Below, piece after piece: positions 54,141-64,000 of a stretch of DNA of 64,000 bases. This stretch comes from Eledone cirrhosa (lineage: Eukaryota): assembly GCA_964016885.1 (NCBI GenBank), contig OZ024743.1:262198001-262262000 (forward strand). Reading direction: 5' to 3'. A program made the translations under genes and the position numbers. The notes under the pieces are model-generated. The model searched no databases. It was not told the origin of the DNA and worked only from the letters and a program-made list of their open reading frames with translations. Each line of letters begins with the position of its first letter. The first letter of the stretch is position 1.

Positions 54141-54174
<34 letters not shown>

Positions 54175-54370
54175 TATGTGGTGATATTTAGTCTACCAAA
54201 AAATCTTGTGTATACATACATGCATTCTCTCCCTCTCTCTCTCATTAATACAGGGAAGTATTTAATACTTAATGTAAACTGTAATATTGAAACAATTATA
54301 TCTCTTCCATTGCTCCACCACTTTTGATACAAAAGTGAGAGAACTAAATAAATTAACTATACAGATTAAT

Positions 54371-54418
54371 ATTAGTAATATGTGTGTTGTTTGAACAAAC
54401 AACACACATATTACTAAT
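54371..54418. repeat. Perfect 23-bp inverted repeat with a 2-nt spacer
   Basis: ATTAGTAATATGTGTGTTGTTTG AA CAAACAACACACATATTACTAAT. Confidence 0.9.
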
Positions 54419-55540
54419 CATTCACTTGTGTGGTTGTATGATTATTCATAGGCCACAATTCCCACTTCATGATTAAAAACACAACTGTTGTTATTTTGTA
54501 TGTTTTTTTTTATTTATTTATTGATTGTTTTGTTTTTATTTTGTCAGTACACTTATTTGTTTGGTGTACATATGTCAAATCATGTTTTGTCAGACAGAAA
54601 CTACTTGACTTTCTATTAAACTTTTGATACCGAACTGCTTGAAACTGCCTCTGGTTCTACTATACAATATAAAACTATTTGTTTTAGAATGTTGATATTT
54701 ATCTAAAAACCTTCCATTGTAATTTTAAGTTATGTTCGAAACACCAGCTTAATAATAAGAAAATTATATTACTTAGTGTCTCAAAATTATTAGAAAATCA
54801 TAGAAATATAGTAGTGATTGGGTTAAAATTGATAATAGTAATTAGATGTAGATATTGTGTATGTTTTTCTTTAATAAAAAGAAATATACCATTATATAAA
54901 AGAGTAAATATTAAAGAAAAAACTTTAGAGTGTCATGAAAAACTGTCAAACTCTAACAATGAATCTTGTAGGAACCCCTCTTTTTTCATGAACCTTCAAA
55001 ATATTTTACAGAACCCTTTGGGTTCATATGAACTCAGTCTGGGGATCACAGCTCTAGTCTACGTTTTTGTTTCTGACATTGCCTTTCAATCTTGAATATT
55101 CTCACTCTCATAATGTATGTAAGCAGGATGTGACTCTGACCATTCAGGGAGGTCAGTAGTTCTGCTTAAATACTGACTTGATCTGTGATGCTCTATCCAA
55201 CCCCCAAATTTTTGATTATTTTAAATTTTTAGGCAGTGCTTTTCATTATAAATAGAGTAATGAAAGGGTTAAGCTACCTTCAACACTACTCAGTGGCAGG
55301 GTTAAACTGTCTTCAACACTATTCAGGAGCATAGCTAGAGTTTAAGGCAACCAGAATGGTCCATAAAATCAACCCCCCTCCCACACACACTCCAACATTT
55401 TTTATGCTGTAGACAAAGATTGATACCTTGCTCCTCACCCCACCTAGCTATACTATTACCACTACTATCACTGTTACTGTTACAAAGAGAAGTTATAACA
55501 CAAGACTACCTTATACCCACTCTTTTAACATATTCAGTAG

Positions 55541-55614
55541 TATTGGGTCGTCAAGTATGAAATTTGTAGAAAAGAAAACAAATTTCTACAAATTTCATAC
55601 TTAACGACCCAATA
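55541..55614. mobile_element. Miniature mariner-like MITE (Made1-like architecture)
   Basis: 32-bp arms including the terminal TA (one mismatch), TATTGGGTCGTYAAGTATGAAATTTGTAGAAA, with a 10-bp spacer. Confidence 0.7.
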
Positions 55615-56539
55615 GTAGTAAGTATGTTGTGTTTTTAGTTGAACTAGTGCTACATGACCAAATGGTTAAGAAGTTCATTTTCAAATCATAAAGTCCTTGG
55701 TTCTATTCCACTGTGTATCTTTTACTATAACTTCGAGTTGACCTCACTAGCCTTGTGAGTGAAGTTAGATGGAGGGAAATGGTTTTGAAGTCCGGCAGAT
55801 GGACTGTACCTGAAGTTCAAAGGGGTAGCCTTGCCACATATGTCATGCAGAATTTCCCTGAGAATTATGTTAGGGGTTCACATTTGTGGAATGCTCAGCA
55901 TCTTGCACATTAATTTCATGAGCAGGCTGTTGTATTGACATTTTGGTACTACAAATAATTTTTCTATATTTACATAATGATTCTATCTGTTGTATATTTG
56001 TTAAACTCTCACACATGAAGTAGTTACTATATTTATTGCTCCAATGATATTTCAACATTAAACACGTGTCAAGGCATGTGCTTGTCAACTGTGACATTTA
56101 TACTTCAAGAGAGAACAAGAAAGAAACGTTAATAAACAGAGGTAGAGCATAACATTAAATTGTTAGATTACTAATATCATGTTTGAACTTTTTCATGTCC
56201 ATATGCATGCAGTATTTAACTTTTCTTCTTAAAATTGTCCATTTATGTTAAAACAATCTGATTATGTCTATATTATGTCATCATTTTGTGTTTACTTTCC
56301 CTGCTAGTATAGTTTGGATGAGTCATCAGAGTCTGAGTCAGTTTTTATTCAGGTTTACTTGTTTTTTAGATACTTTAGAGGACCATATCTTTTATATACA
56401 TTCTAGTTTTTGGCATGTTTTCTATGACTGGTCCTCTTGTTTAATTGCCAATCGTTTATGAACAACAAATCTCTGTAGTTTGATATATTCCCACCTGTTG
56501 AGTGACTTACGGCACACACCTGCCATAGATGTGAACCTA

Positions 56540-56737
56540 TGAAGGTCTGCTGAAAAGTTCATAGACTGACCAAGACACTTTCATGGAATGACCAAATGGA
56601 GTTTATTTTTAAATGTAGCCCCTAAAAAGAAACAATGCAATTATTATTGAGAAAAATTGAAATTAATGCATGCAAGATTTCACAGTCTTAGCATCACTCA
56701 TTTATAGTCAGCCTATGAAGTTTTCAGCTGACTCTTG
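56540..56737. mobile_element. Mariner-like MITE
   Basis: Imperfect ~31-bp TIRs (GCTGAAAAGTTCATAGACTGAC / GTCAGCCTATGAAGTTTTCAGC), flanked by TA. Confidence 0.65.
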
Positions 56738-57004
56738 TATAATATATCAACTAGTGGGTTATGTTAGCCATTTAAGCTAGTGGTCAAATATGTTACCTTT
56801 ATCAGCATGCCAGATAAGAGGAGGCAGGGCAGGTAGGCCAATGATTTTCAGTTCTAGTTCTTATTCTGTTCTGTTACTTGTAAGTACCCAGTGTACATGT
56901 ATATACTAGTAACTTATACATAAATCATACATATTTAGTACTGATTACTAAGATATTTCTTAGGACCTACATTTTGCATCTGACCTGAACCTATTAGCTT
57001 TTGA

Positions 57005-57550
57005 GGCCTAGTTTTGCAAAACTAGGAACGTAGTATATTGCATAAGATGTTTTGAGGGACAGTGTAGGAAAACGAACACAACATACATAGGTGAGACAGC
57101 CCATAGCATAAGAGAAAGAATAAGTGAACACTGGGGGGAGCTCCAAGATGGTAAAAACTCCAACATGCCAAAATGGAACATAGGGGCACACTAGAGAACA
57201 TAGAGGTAAAAATTATATCCACACAGAGAAAAGATGCAATGGTCCGACAAATTACAGAAGCGACAAACATAAACAAACTCCAACCAAAATTAAACAGAAT
57301 ACATGAGTGGAATCACAACCAGTAATTAAGGACAAAATTAAGACAGAGACACCGAAAAACCAAACTAATATAACAAACCAGACAAACAAAGATAGAACAA
57401 GCAAACAACTAGTGGCAAGTAAATAAACACATAAATAAATAAACACACACACACACCCAGATATAAATGCATGCACAAACAAAGCACACAACACACAAAT
57501 ACAAGATGGTGTAGGACAGAATGTGTGACGAAAGAGCTTTGACAATATAT
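57005..57550 (+). mobile_element. Degenerate Penelope-like GIY-YIG fragment, related to 29410-30415
   Basis: Translation CKTRNVVYCIRCFEGQCRKTNTTYIGETAHSIRERISEHWG. Ends in a CGAAAGAGCTTTG hammerhead remnant. Confidence 0.75.
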
Positions 57551-57655
57551 AAACAACTGTCTGGTTATTGAACCAAGCAACTGCAAATTTATAATAAATT
57601 GAAGTGAAAATCAACAGGTGCATGTGTTTTTATTGGCATCAAGACCCTACCAAAG

Positions 57656-57686
<31 letters not shown>

Positions 57687-57887
57687 AATGAGTTATTTGG
57701 TTTGTTGATTATTCAACAACGTTAATTTATAACAGTTTAGAAGCACTCAATGGTTTTTCCGGAGTATCATTAATATCAATAATATTAATAAATGGAAAAT
57801 TTCTGTGTTTGCATTTCAATATTTTATATATATATATATATATATAAAATGTTGGAATGCAAACACAGAAATTGTTATAAATAATAA

Positions 57888-60665
57888 TTGGCACAAGAAA
57901 TGAGGAAGGATTCAGACTTCTAGAATTCTGCGACGCCAATGACATGTCGATATGTAACACAAACTTTAAAAAACCCGACAACCACCTGATCACCTATAGA
58001 TCAGGGGAGCACTCCAGCCAGATAGATTTTATCCTCATCAGAGGACGTGACAGATGGACGGTCGTAAACACAAAAGCCTCCTCTAGTGAGGAATGTACAT
58101 CCCAACATAGCTTAGTTGTCAGCGACCTCACGGTCAGAACTAGACGAACCTGGAAACAGGCCAACCTGGAGAAGAAAGATCTGGAAGCTGAAAGTCCACT
58201 CAACCAGTAACAGATTTAAAGATATTTTACTCAACGCCTACGACAGTAAAGAAGAACAGATAGAGACATTTAATGTAGAAGAGAACTGGGAGTTCCTAAA
58301 AAATAATTTACTAGAGGCGACGGATGAGGTCTGTGGCTGGAGTAAGACCTCAAGCAGGAGGAGAGTGACTTGGTGGTGGAACAATAAGGTAGATGAAGCA
58401 GTTAAGGCCAAGAGACAGGCATGGAAAGAATGGAAGAACGGGGGGAGCAGGGTACATTACATAGAGACCAAGAGGGAAGCTAGGCGACAAGTATACTTAG
58501 CTAGGAGGGAAGCAGAGGATAGAAAATTCAAGCATGTTTTGCAACGTGAGGACCAGAAACAGGAGGTATCCAAGATTGCGAGGCAGTGTGTCAGAGATAG
58601 TTGTGATGTCATTGGAGAGAAGTGTATCCGGAATGATAAAGGTGAGCTTGCCCTCACAAGTGCTGAGAAAGAAAGATGCATGGAAGAGCCATTATGATAG
58701 ATTACTAAATGAGGGGAATGCATGGGAAGAAGAGACCCTACCCCAAGTAGACCCTATAGAGGGGCCAGCAGTACAAGTCAGCAGCAACGTAGTAAGGCAA
58801 TCAAAGATATGAAGATGGGGAAGGCAACCGGTCCATCGGGTATAGCTGCCGAGATGCTGAAGGCATCTGGGTCTGTAGGTCACACTATAACCACACGTAT
58901 TGTTAACCAGGTAATACTAGAAGGTGTCATACCAAAAGATTGGTGCACTAGCATCATTGTCAACTGCTACAAAGGTAAAGGCGATGCACTGCATAGAGGG
59001 AACTATAGAGGTATAAAGTTGATGGACCAGGTCATGAAAGTAACAGAAAGAGTTATAGCACAGTTGATTAGGGACCGGGTGAAAATAGACGAGATGCAAT
59101 TTGGGTTTGTACCAGGAAGAGGCACCACTTATGCCCTCTTCCTTGTGAGGCAGTTACAGGAAAAGTACCTAGCTAAAAGTAAGCTACTCTACTTGGCATT
59201 TGTCGACCTTGAGAAAGCCTTTGACAGAGTTCCACATGTTGTAATCTGGTGGGCTCTTAGAAAACTAGGAGTAGATGAATGGCTTGTGAAAGTGGTACAA
59301 GCCATGTATAGGGGAGCAGTCAGCAAAGTTAGGATTAGCAATGAGTATAGTGAGGAATTTAGCGTACAGGTTGGGGTCCACCAGGGCTCTGTTCTTAGCC
59401 CCCTTCTGTTCATCATGCCCATGGGAACTCCTGTATGCTGATGACCTCGCACTTACAGCTGAATCTATGGTAGCACTAGAGAAGAAATTCCAAACTTGGA
59501 ATCAGGGACTAGAAAGAAAGGGTCTCAAAGTCAACATGACAAAGACTAAGGTCCTTGTAAGTAGACGAGAAGACAGAACCAGATCCCCTCAGGGAAATGG
59601 CCTTGCTCAGTATGTAGGAAAGGTGTAGGTAGGAACTCCATTCTCTGCCCCAAATGCAAACAATGGGTACACAAGAGATGTAGCGGGATCTCAGGAAGCT
59701 TAATTAAGAATGTAGGCTTCACATGCAGCAGCTGTGCTGGGACAGCAAGCAGCAAACAGCCACAGGAAACAAGTACCACCAATCTCTGGGAGGGCTCTGT
59801 AGAAACAGTAGACAGCTTCTGCTACCTAGGTGACCGAATTAGCAGCGGAGGTGGGTGTTCAGAAAGTACAATAACTAGGGTAAGAACGGGATGGAAGAAA
59901 TTTAGGGAACTACTACCACTGCTAGCTGCAAAAGGCTTCTCCCTCAGAATGAAAGGCAGACTGTATGATGCGTGTATCCGAACAGCAATGTTGCATGGTA
60001 GTGAGACCTGGGCGCTGAAGGTGGAAGACTTACGTAGATTAGAGAGAAACGAAGCCTGCATGCTCCGATGGATGTGTAACAGTAATATACGTGAACGACA
60101 AAGCATAAATGAATTGAGAGAGAGACTGAGCATAAGAGGAATCAAATGCTGTGTGCAGGAGAGGCGGTTGCGCTGGTATGGACATGTGATGCGTATGAAG
60201 GATGACAGCTGCATAAAAAGGTGCAGAGCACTAGAAGTTGATGGAAACCGCGGAGTGGGGAGACCCAAGATGACCTGGGATGAGGTGATAAAAGCCGACC
60301 TTACCCAATTACACCTCTCAAAGGCAATGACACACGACCGTGACTTCTGGGTACAAGCTGAAGCATATAGACAATATGCCCCCACACCCTCCACCGCAAG
60401 GTGGTCGTGGAGGTGCCACGGCAAAAAAGCACCTAGCCCACACTGTAAAGTGGACGTGTAGGCGCCACGAAAAAGCACACAGCACTCACTGTAAATGAGG
60501 TTGGTGTTAGGAAGAGCATCCAGCTGTAGAAATCAAGCCAAATCAGTTCCTGTATGAGCAAGGCATGGTCAGCCGACCAGACACTGCCCACAACAGGACA
60601 ACCCGTCTAACCCATGCTAGCGTGGAAGAACGGACGTAAAATGGTGATGATGATGATGATGATGA
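57888..60665 (+). mobile_element. RTE subfamily A, longest copy (APE C-terminal part + RT), frameshifted
   Basis: ICNTNF..HLITYRSG..QIDFIL..QHSLV (APE), TWWWN, GNYRGIKL, QFGF, DLEKAFD, YADD and (GAT)n tail. Confidence 0.93.
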
Positions 60666-60782
60666 ATGGTAGCTTTAGAAAATCAGGTAAAATACTCCTA
60701 GGGACAGAGAAAAGTGGCCAGTTGGTGGCAGCGTTTTATTTTTGTATTTTTTTTCTTGTCCCAAATGGTATTTTACCTCATT

Positions 60783-62959
60783 CATCATCATCATCATCAT
60801 CACCGTTTTACGTCCGTTCTTCCACGCTAGCATGGGTTAGACGGGTTGTCCTGTTGTGGGCAGTGTCTGGTCGGCTGACCATGCCTTGCTCATACAGGAA
60901 CTGATCTGGCTTGATTTCTACAGCTGGATGCCCTTCCTAACACCAACCTCATTTACAGTGAGTGCTGGGTGCTTTTTCGTGGCGCCTACACGTCCACTTT
61001 ACAGTGTGGGCTGGGTGCTTTTTTGCCGTGGCACCTCCACGACCACCTTGCGGTGGGGGGGGGGGGGCATATTGTTTATATGCTTCAGCATGTACCCATG
61101 GGAGGTCGGGTACCCTGTATTACTGCGTGACGCCAGAAGTCACGGTCGTGTGTCATTGACTTTGAGAGGTGTAGTTGGGTAAGGTCGGCTTTTATCACCT
61201 CATCCCAAGTCATCTTGGGTCTCCCCACTCCGCGGTTTCCATCAACTTCTAGTGCTCTGCACCTTTTTATGCAGCTGTCATCCTTCATACGCATCACATG
61301 TCCATACCAGCGTAACCGCCTCTCCTGCACGCAGCATTTGATTCCTCTTATGCTCAGTCTCTCTCTCAATTCATTTATGCTTTGTCGTTCACGTATATTA
61401 CTGTTACACATCCATCGGAGCATGCAGGCTTCGTTTCTCTCTAATCTACGTAAGTCTTCCACCTTCAGCGCCCAGGTCTCACTACCATGCAACATCGCTG
61501 TTCGGATACACGCATCATACAGTCTGCCTTTCATTCTGAGGGAGAAGCCTTTTGCAGCTAGCAGTGGTAGTAGTTCCCTAAACTTCTTCCATCCCGTTCT
61601 TACCCTAGTTATTGTACTTTCTGAGCACCCACCTCCGTTGCTAATTCGGTCACCTAGGTAGCAGAAGCTGTCTACTGTTTCTACAGGGCCCTCCCAGAGA
61701 TTGGTGGTACTTGTTTCCTGTGGCTGTTTGCTTGCTGTTTCAGCACAGCTGCTGCATGTGAATCCTACATTCTTAATTAAGCTTCCTGAGATCCCGCTAC
61801 ATCTCTTGTGTACCCATTGTTTGCATTTGGGGCAAAGAATGGAGTTCCTACCTACACCTTTCCTACATACTGAGCAAGGCCATTTCCCTGAGGGGATCTG
61901 GGTTCTGTTTTCTCGTCTACTTATAAGGACCTTAGTCTTTGTCATGTTGACTTTGAGGCCCTTTCTCTCTAGTCCCTGCTTCCAGGTTTGGAATTTATTC
62001 TCTAGTTCTACCATAGATTCAGCTATGAGTGCGAGGTCATCAGCATACAGGAGTTCCCATGGGCATCCGGTCTTAAACTCCTCCGTTATTGCCTGCAGGA
62101 CTATGATGAACAGGAGAGGGCTAAGAACAGAGCCCTGGTGGACCCCAACCTGTACGCTAAATTCCTCGCTATACTCATTGCCAATCCTAACTTTGCTGAC
62201 TGCTCCCCTATACATGGCTTGTACCGCTTTCACAAGCCATTCATCTACTCCTAGTTTTCTAAGAGCCCACCAGATTACTGCACGTGGAACTCTGTCAAAG
62301 GCTTTCTCAAGGTCGACAAATGCCAAGTAGAGTGGCTTACTTTTAGCTAGGTACTTTTCCTGTAATTGCCTCACAAGGAAGAGCGCATCAGTGGTGCCTT
62401 TCCCTGGAACAAACCCAAATTGCATCTCGTCTATATTCACCCGGTCCCTAATCAGCTGTGCTATAACTCTTTCTGTTACTTTCATGACCTGGTCCATCAA
62501 CTTTATACCTCTATAGTTTCCTCTATCTAGTGCATCGCCTTTACCTTTGTAGCAGTTGACAATGATGCTACTGCACCAATCTTTTGGTATGGCCCCCTCT
62601 AGTATTACCTGGTTAACGATACGTGTGGTTATAGTGTGACCTACAGACCCAGATGCCTTCAGCATCTCGGCAGCTATACCCGATGGACCGGTTGCCTTCC
62701 CTATCTTCATATCTCTGATTGCCTTACTTACTACGCTGCCGCTGACTTGTACTGCTGGTCCCTCTATAGGGTCTACGTGGGGTAGGGTCTCTTCTTCCCA
62801 TGCATTCTCCTCATTTAGTAATCTATCATAATGACTCTTCCATGCATCTTTCTTCTCAGCACTTGTGAGGGCAAGCTCACCTTTATCATTCCGGATACAC
62901 TTCTCTCCAATGACATCACAACTATCTCTGACACACTGCCTCGCAATCTTGAATACCTC
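60783..62959 (-). mobile_element. RTE subfamily A, 5'-truncated, uninterrupted RT ORF (young copy)
   Basis: 541-aa ORF 61085-62710, open further to the junction. 9-bp TSD TACCTCATT at 60774-60782 and 62954-62962. Confidence 0.95.
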
Positions 62960-63059
62960 ATTATCTGAAGCTATTATTATTTATAGCGATTTCTTTGTTT
63001 GGATTCTAACATTTCAAATCATCCAAATGCCTCAATAAATCATTATATATATATATATA

Positions 63060-63131
<72 letters not shown>

Positions 63132-63133
63132 CA

Positions 63134-63460
63134 CATGGCTTAGTGGTTAGAGCATTGGCCTTATAATCGAAAGTTAAATTCTCAGACCGGGTGATGTGTT
63201 GTTTCCTTGAGCAAGACACTTTATTTCACATTGCTCCAGTTTACTCAGCTGTAGAAATGAGATGATAGGGACTGAGGTCCTTATCATTCCACTGTAAAGT
63301 GGTCGTGCAGGTGCCACGGCAAAAAAGCACCCAGCTCTCACTGTAAGTGAGGTTGGTGTTAGGAAGGGCATCCAGCTGTAGAAATCAAGCCAGAATCAGT
63401 TCCCGTCCTACCCTTGCAAGCAGGGAAAAAGCGGACGTAAAATGAAATGATGAATGATGA
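63134..63460 (+). mobile_element. CORE-type tRNA SINE with RTE tail
   Basis: TGGCTTAGTGGTTAGAGC head, core and RTE 3' UTR tail. Confidence 0.85.
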
Positions 63461-63575
63461 TATATATATATATATGCTATATTAAGCGTTAACCTAATAT
63501 ATACCTTCCATATACTGTACCGATTGTGTTGTTATTTCTGTTTACCTTTTACATACATATATATATATATATATA

Positions 63576-64000
63576 TCATCATCGTCATCGTTTAACGTCC
63601 ATCTTCCATGCTTGCATGGGTTTGGACGGGAGTTTTCCCACTTGAAGCAAGATTGGTTGTCTTGCTCGTATAGGACTGTTTGGTGGGTTTTCTACGGCTG
63701 GATGCCCTTCCTAACACCAACCACGTTTACAGTGTGGACTGGGAGGTTTTTACTGTGTTACCTACACGGCCACATTACAGCGTGGACTGTGTGTTATTTT
63801 GTCGTGACACCTACACGACCTCATTCTTTTCGGACTGGATGTTGTGGTACCAACATAACTTCATATTGAAGGGTGTGGATGGGGTGGGGGTAGTGGGAGA
63901 GGGGTGTATTTTTGTTAGAGGTGCCTACTGACTGTAGGTTTCGCTTTGTACTTAGGCAAGGCGGGTCTTCTGTATTACTGTGTAGCGCCAAAGATCTCGG
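63576..64000 (-). mobile_element. RTE subfamily B-like 3' end, runs off the window
   Basis: Similar to 24468-24910. Confidence 0.85.

Overview
AT-rich, microsatellite-dense animal genomic DNA. The SINE, RTE and microsatellite repertoire suggests a coleoid cephalopod, probably octopus (inference). The only host coding sequence I can support is one large + strand BTB-BACK exon of a kelch-like gene most similar to KLHL8 (52675-53941). A candidate promoter with two ETS motifs lies near 21.0 kb. The rest is transposon-derived: two RTE-clade LINE subfamilies (about 9 copies), an R4/Dong-like element split by an RTE insertion, a CRE-like fragment with an 11-bp TSD, a Tx1/L1-like 3' fragment, two Penelope-like GIY-YIG fragments, tRNA-derived CORE-type and Meta-type SINEs, and several MITEs. 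The most notable structure is in the first 15 kb. A long (TA/TATG)n field there holds five co-oriented, variably 5'-truncated copies of a 0.4-0.6 kb bipartite non-autonomous retroelement (RTE-like 5' UTR fused to a C2H2 zinc-finger 3' end), next to a 3' fragment of a candidate partner LINE. Two hammerhead-ribozyme-like motifs and a ~2.1 kb tail-to-tail RTE inverted repeat inside the KLHL8-like intron are also notable. Family names are from pattern recognition, not database searches.
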